This document shows positions 31,219-41,004 of a stretch of DNA of 64,000 nt, piece after piece. Source of the DNA: an uncultured Methanosarcinales archaeon (GTDB lineage: Archaea > Nanobdellota > Nanobdellia > Woesearchaeales > JACPBV01); assembly GCA_964492935.1 (NCBI GenBank), contig CAZBLF010000002.1, positions 1 to 64,000 on the forward strand. Reading direction: 5' to 3'. Under the pieces are notes generated by a model that ran no database searches, had not been told where the DNA came from, and worked only from the letters and a program-made list of their open reading frames with translations. How positions within the stretch are numbered: the first letter of the stretch is position 1; each line of letters begins with the position of its first letter. The position numbers and the translations under genes are program-made.

Positions 31219-31635
31219 TCAAAATGAGGCAAGGATCGCTCCAGTAACAAGCATCAACACCAACCAGTGCGACACATTCAATACATACAACTTTACCGGT
31301 TTACCCTCCCAAAAGACAGAACCAATAATCACCGGAGCAATAAACCCTAACCACAACCAAAAACCTGTTGTAGCGCCCATCACCGGGCCAACTGCGCGAG
31401 TATACTGAACAAAATGCGCCATCACATACGCCATAACCAAAGCCGCGATAAAAGCACCCGCCAGCGTACCACCCATCGGCTTCTTTTTCTTTGCGGCAAC
31501 TTCCTTCTTAGAAAATCCCATTAACTTAATCCATTGCTTTCCAAATAACAAAGGGGAGTACCACAAAGCACCAAGCACCATGTTAAATACACCCGCACCA
31601 AAAATCGCATACCAGTTGAGTACCATACCATCCAC
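31219..31635 (-). CDS. DUF1761-like membrane protein
   Basis: LGALWYSPLLFGKQW; four TM helices. Confidence 0.8.
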   Translation of the reverse strand: MDGMVLNWYAIFGAGVFNMVLGALWYSPLLFGKQWIKLMGFSKKEVAAKKKKPMGGTLAGAFIAALVMAYVMAHFVQYTRAVGPVMGATTGFWLWLGFIAPVIIGSVFWEGKPVKLYVLNVSHWLVLMLVTGAILASF

Positions 31636-31663
31636 CTCAAGAACATTGACACAAATAAACTAT

Positions 31664-32167
31664 TTAAGCATTTGTATGCTCCACAGAACAAAAGAAAATA
31701 ACATCCTTACTCTCCAAAATCAAAGAATCAACCACAAACAAAGAACGAATCAATGATTCAATTTCTTCAGCCTGAGCACTTTTTCGCAAGAACGACAACA
31801 CAAACCGATTCTTTCCAACACGTTTAATCTCCGACAACCCTTTCGCAACATCAGAAAAGTTCTGTATTGCCGTGATAGAAATAACCACATCAAAAGTAGA
31901 ATCATCAAAAGGAAGATGTTCAGCAGCAGCCTCAACATACGTAATCTCATCGCTCGAACGAGCACGCGCCAACAACTGAGGAGCAGGATCAACCCCTGTC
32001 CGAATACAATTCCACGGCTCCGTAGTCAATCCAGTACCACACCCAACATCTAACAACTTATCTTTAACAGTAACCCGAAAATGATCCTTAATCAGACCAA
32101 TCTTAGCAAGCTGCTCCTCGCTATGCAATTCTTCATAACCAGAAGCTATCTCATCATAATACGTCAT
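31664..32167 (-). CDS. Class I SAM-dependent methyltransferase
   Basis: LLDVGCGTG, AEHLPFDDSTFDVV. Confidence 0.9.
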   Translation of the reverse strand: MTYYDEIASGYEELHSEEQLAKIGLIKDHFRVTVKDKLLDVGCGTGLTTEPWNCIRTGVDPAPQLLARARSSDEITYVEAAAEHLPFDDSTFDVVISITAIQNFSDVAKGLSEIKRVGKNRFVLSFLRKSAQAEEIESLIRSLFVVDSLILESKDVIFFCSVEHTNA

Positions 32168-32244
32168 GTTCAGATGAAGTAACTCAGTGTTTATAAAAGC
32201 GTTGTACCGTAAAGTCTTTATAGAAATTCTCATTTCAAGCAAGA

Positions 32245-32616
32245 ATGAGTTTATTCAACATTTTAGTCATTGATGATGAAAACTCCTATATCGAAGAAAT
32301 GAGGAGGCATATCAAGCTATATTTCAGGCAAGAGATATCAGTTGCAAGTTCTCTAGATGAAGTCAAACAAAAAGTTCCAGCAAACGAGTATGATTTATAT
32401 TTTTTAGGTAATCCTACAGGTACATGGAAAGAAATAGCAGGCTATATCAGAAGCCAACATGAGGATGCAAGAATTGTATTGAACGTCCACAATGCGACAG
32501 ACATTAAATGCGCTTCAGCGGACATCCAAGAAGAAGTACAAAGACTAGGCATTGAAGAAATCGTAGATAAGAACGAAATTAATCAATATCTTAGAAGGGT
32601 ATGGGAGCAACTGTAA
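32245..32616 (+). CDS. Receiver-domain-like (CheY-like) protein, atypical
   Basis: ILVIDDE and conserved late Lys; phosphoacceptor position reads YDLYFLG. Confidence 0.6.
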   Translation: MSLFNILVIDDENSYIEEMRRHIKLYFRQEISVASSLDEVKQKVPANEYDLYFLGNPTGTWKEIAGYIRSQHEDARIVLNVHNATDIKCASADIQEEVQRLGIEEIVDKNEINQYLRRVWEQL

Positions 32617-33428
32617 TGAAAACGCAAGAATCAATCGAACAACAATTAAAGAAATACACCTCTAAGAAGTATATCCAGTTAACCTCAAATGGAAACGAAG
32701 CAATCACACTCTTACTAAAGCAACTAAAACCAAAAAAGCTTCTCATGCCCGACCAAGGCGGCTGGATCCATTATCTGAAAGCTGCTAAAACATTAAACAT
32801 CGATGTAGAATTAGTAAAAACAGACAACGCCCTAATCGACCTAGAAGACCTCAAAAACAAGGCAACAAAAAATGCAGCCTTCATCTATCACCAATTAGGA
32901 GCCTACATCGTTCAAAACCCCATAGAAAAGATCTACAACATCTGCAACAAAGCAACCTGCATCGTACTATTAGACGTAACCGGAACCGTAGCAACAGAAC
33001 AATGCAACGGCAACTACGGAGACGCCATCATCTGTTCTTTTGGCAAGCACAAACCCCTTAACGCAGGATATGGCGGCTGCTACACAACTAATGACGCATC
33101 ACTAATAACAAAACAAAAGCTATTCAACGAACAAAAGAGAAAACAAGTAGACGAAGCATTGAATGTACTTCCAATCAGACAGTGGGCCTACCAAGAATTA
33201 AGCAAGAAAGTAAAGGAAGACCTCAAAAAGGAAGACATCTACCACCGCAAGCACGATTCAATCAATGTTATTTGTAAAGGACATTCAAAAAAAGTAATCA
33301 ACTATTGCACGAAGCATAATTTTAAATACAGGTTATGCACTCAGAACAATAACACGACGAAACACATCATGTCGTTTATTAAAATAAACCAAGATGCAAT
33401 CAGCATCGACCTACAAGAGATGGAATAA
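32616..33428 (+). CDS. PLP-dependent DegT/DnrJ-like aminotransferase-fold protein
   Basis: LTSNGNEAI, LLDVTG, CSFGKHKPLNAGYGG. Confidence 0.75.
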   Translation: MKTQESIEQQLKKYTSKKYIQLTSNGNEAITLLLKQLKPKKLLMPDQGGWIHYLKAAKTLNIDVELVKTDNALIDLEDLKNKATKNAAFIYHQLGAYIVQNPIEKIYNICNKATCIVLLDVTGTVATEQCNGNYGDAIICSFGKHKPLNAGYGGCYTTNDASLITKQKLFNEQKRKQVDEALNVLPIRQWAYQELSKKVKEDLKKEDIYHRKHDSINVICKGHSKKVINYCTKHNFKYRLCTQNNNTTKHIMSFIKINQDAISIDLQEME

Positions 33429-33824
33429 ATGGTAACAGAACCCGAATCAATGAATGACGTCATCTACTTCTCTAATAGGAGTGTAGGCACCGGCAAAGTC
33501 AGAGCCTGGGTCTACAGAAAACAATGCCCCGAATGCGATAAAGCAAAAATGGGCAAGCCCGTAGTAAAAGGCAAAGTCAAGATCAGAGCAAAAGAATACG
33601 TCTGCCCAGGGTGCAATCACACCGAAGAAAAAGAAGAGCACGAAGAATCCTTAACCCTAGAAGCCATCTACACGTGCCCCGAGTGCGGCAAAGAAGGCGA
33701 AGGCACCACCATGTACAAGAGAAAGTCATTCCAAGGCGTAAAAGCATATGTCGTAGAATGCCAACACTGCGAAGCAAAAATCCCAATCACGAAAAAACTA
33801 AAAGCGATCAAGAAAAAAGAGTAA
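33429..33824 (+). CDS. Multi-zinc-ribbon protein
   Basis: Four CxxC pairs. Confidence 0.75.
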   Translation: MVTEPESMNDVIYFSNRSVGTGKVRAWVYRKQCPECDKAKMGKPVVKGKVKIRAKEYVCPGCNHTEEKEEHEESLTLEAIYTCPECGKEGEGTTMYKRKSFQGVKAYVVECQHCEAKIPITKKLKAIKKKE

Positions 33825-34400
33825 TTATTTCTTACAAAGCGAAACAAAATTCATCAATATCTTCTCACCCTGCTCTCCCGAAGCTTCAGGATGAAACTGA
33901 ACAGAATAAATCGGACGCTTCTTATGAAACAAAGCCTCAATTCTACCATTTGGAGATGAAGCCATAATCAAAAAGTCAGGCGAAACCCGCTTAACAAACT
34001 TCGAGTGGGCCCCATACACCTCTAAGGTACGCGGCAACCCCTTAAAGATCTTCGTACGATCCTTAAGAGTAGTCTTATGGTCTGCACTCTTATGTTTATG
34101 CGGCAACACCAACAACTCAGCACCAAACGCCTCAGCAATAATCTCATGCCCTTCACAAATACCAAAGATCGGAACATTAAAGCGAAGTAAAGCAGCGATA
34201 TTAGCTCGAATCCGCCGATAAAAGATCTCCCCATCCAAATCCGGAGTCCCACCAGAAAGAATCACTCCAGTAATCTTAGAGCTATGCACCTTATGCAACA
34301 AAGAACTCTGATCCCTCTGAATATAAGCCACGGAATGCTTCCGCAAAATCCGAGCTATCTTTTTCGTATGAATGCTATGATTGTTGATGAGCAAGATCAT
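33825..34400 (-). CDS. Class I glutamine amidotransferase (GMP synthase subunit A-like)
   Basis: ILSGG, PIFGICEGHE, VQFHPE. Confidence 0.88.
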   Translation of the reverse strand: MILLINNHSIHTKKIARILRKHSVAYIQRDQSSLLHKVHSSKITGVILSGGTPDLDGEIFYRRIRANIAALLRFNVPIFGICEGHEIIAEAFGAELLVLPHKHKSADHKTTLKDRTKIFKGLPRTLEVYGAHSKFVKRVSPDFLIMASSPNGRIEALFHKKRPIYSVQFHPEASGEQGEKILMNFVSLCKK

Positions 34401-34540
34401 ACTCTCTCTGGAGTCTCACCCTATAAATACATTACGCTTAACGCAATGCCGACGCAGACGAGCTAATTCATAATGCCCAACAAGTAAACCACTCCCTAAT
34501 CATAACATAAGTTTATAAGAGCCACTCTCTCATTACCCCT

Positions 34541-35026
34541 ATGCCGGAGCTATTTAAGAAGCCAGAAGAGCCAAAGGAAAAAAAGAAAGGATTATTCGGA
34601 GGCTCTCCAAAAACACCACCACCTGATCCTGCAGCAGATACCATGACGCGGGATGTAGAAAACGCTGTTTCTCGCTTAAGAGTTCTAGAAGAACGCCACA
34701 ACAATGTCCGTGCAGAACTCAAAATAACAGAAGAAAACATGCTGCACAAGAGCAGAAAACTCAAGACCGAATTAAAGACCATTATTTCAGATATCAATGA
34801 ATTAAGACGAGAAAACGTAGAGCTCAAATCACGTATGCTGTCCATCATGAAAGAACTCCAAAACTTCGCAGCGAGACAAGATGTGGAAGTATTGAGAAAA
34901 TACATCGAAATCTGGGAACCCATGAATTTCGTAACCCATAAGGAACTAGAAGAAGTCGTCATGGAAAAAATCAAAAAAGTCTTCAAGGCAAGAACCACTG
35001 CCAGAACCACAACAAAATCAACCTAG
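34541..35026 (+). CDS. Coiled-coil hypothetical protein
   Basis: RLRVLEER...LRKYIEIWEPMNFVT; TATA upstream. Confidence 0.75.
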   Translation: MPELFKKPEEPKEKKKGLFGGSPKTPPPDPAADTMTRDVENAVSRLRVLEERHNNVRAELKITEENMLHKSRKLKTELKTIISDINELRRENVELKSRMLSIMKELQNFAARQDVEVLRKYIEIWEPMNFVTHKELEEVVMEKIKKVFKARTTARTTTKST

Positions 35027-35088
35027 AATTAAAATTTCCAAAAGGTTTATATACGGTAATTGCGAGAAAAAACACGAGGTGATAGAGA

Positions 35089-35661
35089 TTGGCTCTTTTT
35101 GGTAAGAAGGAAGAAACAGGTACACCATTTCCTGATGTAGCTATGCCCGATCCTAATGCAGCACCACCACCTCAAGCAGCTGCACCCGCACCTCCCGATC
35201 CCTATGCACAAGCACCACCACCTGGAATGCCGGACCCCGCGATGCAGGGAATGCCTGCTCCCGGAATGCCGCCCGCAGCCCCACCTGGCATGCCACCCGA
35301 AGCACCTGCCGGCAACCAAAACATAGAAGAAGTCGCAGAGGCCATAGTACAAGAAAAGTGGGCAGAGGCAAAGAAAGAACTCAATAAGATCGAGGAATGG
35401 AAGGAAGACGTAACCGATAAAATAGGAAATCTCACTCAAAAGGTAGACGACATCAAATCACAGTTCGACTCATTACACAAAGGAATGCTAGGAAAAATCT
35501 CAGAGTACGACGAAAATCTAACGAATGTAGGCACCGAAATCAAAGCAATGGAAAAAGTCTTCTCAAAAGTCCTACCCGCCCTAACCGATTCCGTCAACAA
35601 GCTCCAAAGATATACGGGCAACACAGAAAAAGCACCCGTCAAGAAAAAACCGAGATTCTAA
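35089..35661 (+). CDS. Proline-rich coiled-coil hypothetical protein
   Basis: TTG start after GAGGTGA SD; EEVAEAIVQEKW, EIKAMEKVF. Confidence 0.75.
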   Translation: MALFGKKEETGTPFPDVAMPDPNAAPPPQAAAPAPPDPYAQAPPPGMPDPAMQGMPAPGMPPAAPPGMPPEAPAGNQNIEEVAEAIVQEKWAEAKKELNKIEEWKEDVTDKIGNLTQKVDDIKSQFDSLHKGMLGKISEYDENLTNVGTEIKAMEKVFSKVLPALTDSVNKLQRYTGNTEKAPVKKKPRF

Positions 35662-35714
35662 GATAGGGTGCAGCAAGAGAAAACTTTATAATGTAGAGTT
35701 TGCTCTCAGCATAT

Positions 35715-36008
35715 ATGCAAACAGCGGCACCTGAAAAAGTGAATGTTAATTTAATTGAGATAATTGCTTCTATTGAAAGGGCTGGCAAGTGTTTCGAGGA
35801 AACACAAGGTAGGGTAGATATTCAAGCATTACTTGTAGAAGATAACGATCTTGCCGCTGTTTATTTAGGGGCAGCCGATAAGGCTAAGGAGTTATTTGAA
35901 GCCGGACAACATCCAGAATTAAGCAGATATGATAAAAGATTATTTGATGTTGGATATGACGCTCTTAAAAGTGGAGAAATCGTAGTAACCACACAGCCTT
36001 CTGAATAA
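35715..36008 (+). CDS. Hypothetical protein
   Basis: ORF with TATA near 35685. Confidence 0.5.
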   Translation: MQTAAPEKVNVNLIEIIASIERAGKCFEETQGRVDIQALLVEDNDLAAVYLGAADKAKELFEAGQHPELSRYDKRLFDVGYDALKSGEIVVTTQPSE

Positions 36009-36053
36009 GTTTCTCCTAGAGCATATTTAGCTAACGCTATCATCCACAAACCA

Positions 36054-36569
36054 TCAGAAATGATACTGTTTTCCCGCTAAAAGCAAAATAGCAAACACAG
36101 AAATGATGAAGATAAAGATCATACCCATAATTTTAGGGTGGAAAATAACCTTAACGGCCGAATCAAACTCACTATCGACACCATCATCACCCGGTATATC
36201 GACCTTATCCCGAATTTTAGCAGTTGCAAACACCACAACAATCAAGACTAAAATAATGTAGGTAACAACCTTCATTCCATGCAATGAATCGTTAGTATCC
36301 CCGCCTAGATACGTTATACCGGACTGTGCAAAGACACCAAAGAGAAAAATCAATGCAATCACAGGAGATATTTCAATAATCAAATCCGTAACATTCGGAG
36401 AAAACAACACAAACATCCCAAATAACACGGCAATCAGCATATTAACGCCTTTATTATCTCCGAGCGTCTTCGTCATGCTCATTCCAGCATAGACTATAAC
36501 AGCAATAAAAACAAAAACAAGGATATTAGAGAATCCTTGCAAACCGGAAACGTCTAAAAACGTAGCCAT
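36054..36569 (-). CDS. Multi-pass membrane protein (paralog 3)
   Basis: About 5 TM segments; similar layout to the two neighbours. Confidence 0.75.
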   Translation of the reverse strand: MATFLDVSGLQGFSNILVFVFIAVIVYAGMSMTKTLGDNKGVNMLIAVLFGMFVLFSPNVTDLIIEISPVIALIFLFGVFAQSGITYLGGDTNDSLHGMKVVTYIILVLIVVVFATAKIRDKVDIPGDDGVDSEFDSAVKVIFHPKIMGMIFIFIISVFAILLLAGKQYHF

Positions 36570-36571
36570 CG

Positions 36572-37168
36572 TTACTTAGCGAACATCTCTCCTACTGCAT
36601 CGCCAATCTTCTTAAGCGAATATCCCGCGTCACTATCGCCATCATCGGCTCCCGTTATCCACCAGACGATAATAGCAAAGACGAGTATCATCACGATAAT
36701 GGCCACCGTCTGTTGTCCAAAAAAGTTGTTGAACCAACTCCAGTTACCCCACCATCCTGCACTTCCGCCGAATATTAACAAAACAATGATGAACGCCACA
36801 ATAGCAATCCAACCAGAAAGGTAAGATCCCATCCATTTAGCTTCACCGCCAAACAGACCGATCAAAATAAGCACCATAATAATTGCTACAGATATCAAAG
36901 CAACCTGTGGCAAGCTATTGTTCATAATTTCAACAACATCTTTCCCGGCCGGATATCTACCGGTAACGTGCGGAACAACAACTAACATCCCTACAACGAG
37001 TGAAAACACCAAATTGTATTTTCGCTTACCTTCACCTAAGATGTTCGATTTTTGCAATACTGCGAAGATAACTACGAAAATAAGAAGGAAAGGAAGCATG
37101 ACATCGGTTAACCCCCATGAATCTAAGATACGGACAAACTCTTCCAATTGCAATGCATTACTAGCCAT
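36572..37168 (-). CDS. Multi-pass membrane protein (paralog 2)
   Basis: GLTDVMLPFLLIFVVIFAVLQKS. Confidence 0.8.
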   Translation of the reverse strand: MASNALQLEEFVRILDSWGLTDVMLPFLLIFVVIFAVLQKSNILGEGKRKYNLVFSLVVGMLVVVPHVTGRYPAGKDVVEIMNNSLPQVALISVAIIMVLILIGLFGGEAKWMGSYLSGWIAIVAFIIVLLIFGGSAGWWGNWSWFNNFFGQQTVAIIVMILVFAIIVWWITGADDGDSDAGYSLKKIGDAVGEMFAK

Positions 37169-37185
37169 TCTTTGACACCTCTAAC

Positions 37186-37755
37186 TTATTTTTTACTGGG
37201 TATTGAAGCCTTAAGAGACTCACCAGAGTGAGGCTCCCCCTTAACGATATACCAGACGAAAAGGAAAATAATCCCTATCAAAATAATTGCTCCTACACTC
37301 TCTCCACTCGTTCCAAACCTGAAAAAGCCCCACATATCATCCCACCAGCCTAATGCGTTAACAAAAATCAACACAATGCCGATGAACATGAACAGCATAA
37401 AGAAGTAATTCCAGCTTCCTTCTAAGAAGACACCATCACTTTCTTTCATAAATGAACCAACCAATAATAAGAACAATACCGATAACATCAATAAAATCAC
37501 CGTGTATGAAGAAACAGTAGTAATAATCTCAACTAATTGACTGCTAGCAATCACAAAAAACGCAATAACAAAAGAGGCAGTAGCGTTCAAATTCTTCTTA
37601 GTATATTTCTTACCATCAATCTCCTCCGTACCAAAGACTTTCGTCTTTTCCAGAATAGCAAAAACAATGGTAAACACCAATAAGAAAGGTAAAACAACAT
37701 CAAACAGCCCAATCTCATCAAAGAATGTAATAACATCTCTAAATGCACTAGCCAT
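37186..37755 (-). CDS. Multi-pass membrane protein (paralog 1)
   Basis: GLFDVVLPFLLVFTIVFAILEKT. Confidence 0.8.
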   Translation of the reverse strand: MASAFRDVITFFDEIGLFDVVLPFLLVFTIVFAILEKTKVFGTEEIDGKKYTKKNLNATASFVIAFFVIASSQLVEIITTVSSYTVILLMLSVLFLLLVGSFMKESDGVFLEGSWNYFFMLFMFIGIVLIFVNALGWWDDMWGFFRFGTSGESVGAIILIGIIFLFVWYIVKGEPHSGESLKASIPSKK

Positions 37756-37829
37756 AACATCAATTTTAAGAATCTAAATATATAAACCTTTCTGTTTTAG
37801 TCGAGTGATGAATAAAGAAGGAACCAACA

Positions 37830-38771
37830 CTAAGAGAGATCCAATAATTGCTTCTCCATATGTAGCAGCCTATACGAACCCCTCACAGGATCTATTCCAG
37901 GAGTAATGTGGAACAAAGAAACCTGTCTCTGGAGATTTTCACCTGCTTCCGGGTGCTGTGATCCCGAAACACGAACTTGCTCATCACCAACTGCATATAG
38001 CAGCACATCATTTTCAGAATCAACTGGCCTCAGGGAAGTTCGACCATTCAAAGCAAGCTTTTCTGCAGCATCCCAAGAATCAACGGGGTACTGGGTAGCT
38101 ATAATCGTTCCCTGAGCAAGACCAAAAATCATACTTCCATCAAGATAGCAACCCTCTTGATCTCCAGTTAACGCAGCAGCAAGCGCTCGACCGGTAGGCC
38201 TAACTGCGAAACCAGTACCCGTATCTGGTTTGAGATCTTTAACAAAGAACAGATATCCTGCATCAACAGGACCTTCAAAATACGCAGTCAATTGATTGCT
38301 TCCATGAGCAATGGTTGCAGGAACATCTATGCCCTCATCCTGGAAGCGTGTAGGATGTTCCGTATCATTTACATAAGGGCTTAGACCATTCAATCCACCA
38401 AGATCATAGGGTAATAACACTCTCAACAGACTACCTCGATGTCCTTCAACCTCACTTTGAAGTGTTCCAACAGTTTGATCATTGGATGCAATATCAACCC
38501 TTTCAGGAGATCTAACTGCAACAAGAAGATATGCATCTTCATGCTTCCAATCTTGCTGAATGCGTACTTCAGTACCATACTGTTGAGCAGATTCACCAAG
38601 CTGCAACTCTCTAGAACTACCATGGTTAGCCAATTTGCTGAGATTGCTGGTTACCTGATGTAGGGATAGAGGTTCCGACGTAGTAAACGCAGTAACCTCT
38701 CCCCCAGTAAATCCAGGTATTCCCTCTGCTAACCTTTCAAGTGGCACCGTCACAACTTCATTTTGACCCAT
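37830..38771 (-). CDS. Hypothetical protein
   Basis: 313-aa ORF from MGQNE; shares an upstream motif with 40931-40955. Confidence 0.7.
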   Translation of the reverse strand: MGQNEVVTVPLERLAEGIPGFTGGEVTAFTTSEPLSLHQVTSNLSKLANHGSSRELQLGESAQQYGTEVRIQQDWKHEDAYLLVAVRSPERVDIASNDQTVGTLQSEVEGHRGSLLRVLLPYDLGGLNGLSPYVNDTEHPTRFQDEGIDVPATIAHGSNQLTAYFEGPVDAGYLFFVKDLKPDTGTGFAVRPTGRALAAALTGDQEGCYLDGSMIFGLAQGTIIATQYPVDSWDAAEKLALNGRTSLRPVDSENDVLLYAVGDEQVRVSGSQHPEAGENLQRQVSLFHITPGIDPVRGSYRLLHMEKQLLDLS

Positions 38772-38800
38772 AACCAACCAAACTACCAAAACATTTATTA

Positions 38801-38825
38801 ACCTAATGTTATTATTATAACGAAA
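38801..38825. promoter_or_regulatory. Operator candidate, copy 1
   Basis: ACCTAATGTTATTATTATAACGAAA; 21/25 identical to 40931-40955; GTTAT-N4-ATAAC dyad. Confidence 0.6.
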
Positions 38826-38840
38826 TAAGGAGAAATTGTT

Positions 38841-39491
38841 ATGCCCACCGTAGCACACTTAGTAAAGAGTCTTGTCGAGAAAAAACCCTTTGTAGCTGAA
38901 GCGTTAACGAAAGGATTGATCAACTATGCAGCTCTTGCAGAAGAGCTCAGTCCGGACATAGAGAGAGAACTGCAAAAGAGTGTAAAAGCCTCAGCAATCA
39001 TCATGGCATTACGAAGATACGGAGAATCTCAAAAGGACAAGTTCAAGACCTCCTATTTCAATTTTAAGGAATCAGATGTAACCATAAAATCAGGACTCTT
39101 TGAAATCACCGTTGAGAAATCCAACCAAATTCCTACCGAACTGAAGAAATTATACGAACTAGTTGATTTCGGAAAAGGAGACTTTCTTACCATCACCCAG
39201 GGTCTGTATGAAGTAACAATCCTTTCAAACAATAAGCACATGAAAGCTACCGAGAAAATATTCAAAAACGAAAAAGTAGTGAAAAAAATAGAGAAACTAT
39301 CCTCCTTAACTGTAAAAATACCTCTAGATGCGATCCACACGCCAGGAATGTTCTACATCATCACCAAAGCACTGAGTTGGGAAAACATCAACCTCCTGGA
39401 GATAGTTTCAACCTTAACCGAACTAACCTTTATTCTCAACGAAGACGATGTCTCGCGTGCTTTCGAAACGCTCAAGGATTTGGTGGAGTAG
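38841..39491 (+). CDS. ACT-domain protein with N-terminal HTH-like region (putative amino-acid-sensing regulator)
   Basis: GLINYAALAEEL...AIIMALRR; C-terminal ACT TPGMFY...INLLEIVSTLTELTF. Confidence 0.75.
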   Translation: MPTVAHLVKSLVEKKPFVAEALTKGLINYAALAEELSPDIERELQKSVKASAIIMALRRYGESQKDKFKTSYFNFKESDVTIKSGLFEITVEKSNQIPTELKKLYELVDFGKGDFLTITQGLYEVTILSNNKHMKATEKIFKNEKVVKKIEKLSSLTVKIPLDAIHTPGMFYIITKALSWENINLLEIVSTLTELTFILNEDDVSRAFETLKDLVE

Positions 39492-39502
39492 AAACGTATC
39501 AG

Positions 39503-40558
39503 TTAAATCATCCAGCCTCTTTTAAATATTCGAGGGTTGTCAACAACAGATTCTCCACTAGAACTCCTATTCGATGAGCGATTGAGCATTTTGCGAGCAT
39601 CAATCATCATAGCTTGAACAGTAGGACCGGGGCCTGCACCCTCACCAATAACTTGGGGAGTTCCATAGATTCCATCTTCCCCTTCTACCATCAACAGAGT
39701 ATTCAAAGCGCCAGGCATGAACAATCGATCATGGTACGGATGCTCACCTCGATCGTATAATCTACCCCGAATTTCCCATCCCCCGGCAGAATGCGAAAAA
39801 CTTCCGGGAGAATCCTCCTGAGCCGATCCTTCAGGAGCCATTGAAACGATGTAAATACTGTTCTCCAACAGACCTAAATCACTCTCCATTATGGGCTGAA
39901 CGCTAACATCCGCTGCATCCATCACCTCGCTACTAACGCCCGAGAGATTAAACAAATTAACAGCTTTCATCGCTATATCACTTGTAATTTCTTTATTCAA
40001 TACCGGAATCAACTCAGTATATCCTGGCTCAGGTAATTTATCCTCTATAGCAGAAGCAAGAGCAACATCCAATCCTCCAGGATGTGTTAAAAGGTAATTA
40101 ACCGTACCATTCAAAACCCCATGCAACCCATACAAGTTATTACTACCTCGATCTCGAAGATAAGGAATCATGCGAGAACCACCACCAACCGCAGCACTAT
40201 AGCCGAGCAGACCATTAGCAATAACCTCTTCAAGTTCAGCAAAATGATAAGCTAACGCTCCCTTCTCAGAAGTCACGATAGGAATACTCTGACCAGTAAA
40301 GGAGAGTATATAATCCCTTGCAGTCTCGCCAGTATCGAACGTAGGGATCGTAAGAAACGCAAGATCAACAGAACTAAGGAGGTCAACATAGGCATCAGAC
40401 TCCCCAAATCTAAGGTTCTTCTCAAAATCTAAGAATGTCCCATCAATATCAATGACAGGACTAACAATCCAGTTTTCCTGGCTCGTTCTAAGATAAGCCT
40501 CACCTCCAATATTCCCTGCCCCTATAAGGGCCACGTCCGCTACACCGAGAAGTGCCAT
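39503..40558 (-). CDS. Homoserine dehydrogenase-like protein
   Basis: GAGNIG, VTSEKG, AAVGGG, GVLNGTVNYLL, GEGAGPGPT. Confidence 0.8.
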   Translation of the reverse strand: MALLGVADVALIGAGNIGGEAYLRTSQENWIVSPVIDIDGTFLDFEKNLRFGESDAYVDLLSSVDLAFLTIPTFDTGETARDYILSFTGQSIPIVTSEKGALAYHFAELEEVIANGLLGYSAAVGGGSRMIPYLRDRGSNNLYGLHGVLNGTVNYLLTHPGGLDVALASAIEDKLPEPGYTELIPVLNKEITSDIAMKAVNLFNLSGVSSEVMDAADVSVQPIMESDLGLLENSIYIVSMAPEGSAQEDSPGSFSHSAGGWEIRGRLYDRGEHPYHDRLFMPGALNTLLMVEGEDGIYGTPQVIGEGAGPGPTVQAMMIDARKMLNRSSNRSSSGESVVDNPRIFKRGWMI

Positions 40559-40559
40559 T

Positions 40560-40901
40560 TTACAACCTATCCGGGCATAAACTCATACGTTCCCCAGGAG
40601 TAATTCCCGTATGAGTTCTATATCTCCCATCCTCCAATACTTCTACCTGACCAATACGGGCAACATCAGGAGATCTACCAAGTTCCACTCGAACACGCTG
40701 AGCCTGGTCCTCAGATCCAAGATAGACGAGCAATGATTCTGGACCCGGGGAGAAGGCACAATATCCTCTTCCAGACACCCCTAACAGTCTCGCTAAGTCA
40801 TCAGCCCCCTCAGCCATTCGATGCTCGTCGCGCACCCTATACGATGCAGACACCCGAAACGGCAGAGGCATACTAGTCCGATTATTCAATCTACCACCCA
40901 T
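40560..40901 (-). CDS. Hypothetical protein
   Basis: 113-aa ORF co-oriented with, and abutting, the dehydrogenase. Confidence 0.55.
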   Translation of the reverse strand: MGGRLNNRTSMPLPFRVSASYRVRDEHRMAEGADDLARLLGVSGRGYCAFSPGPESLLVYLGSEDQAQRVRVELGRSPDVARIGQVEVLEDGRYRTHTGITPGERMSLCPDRL

Positions 40902-40930
40902 AATTGATGAGAAACGAATTTCTTATAATA

Positions 40931-40955
40931 ACTTAATGTTATTAAAATAACAAAA
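40931..40955. promoter_or_regulatory. Operator candidate, copy 2
   Basis: ACTTAATGTTATTAAAATAACAAAA. Confidence 0.6.
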
Positions 40956-41004
40956 AGACTACTTATTGTTTTCAACCTGCTAAAGCAGGAATCCCAACCT
41001 TTTT

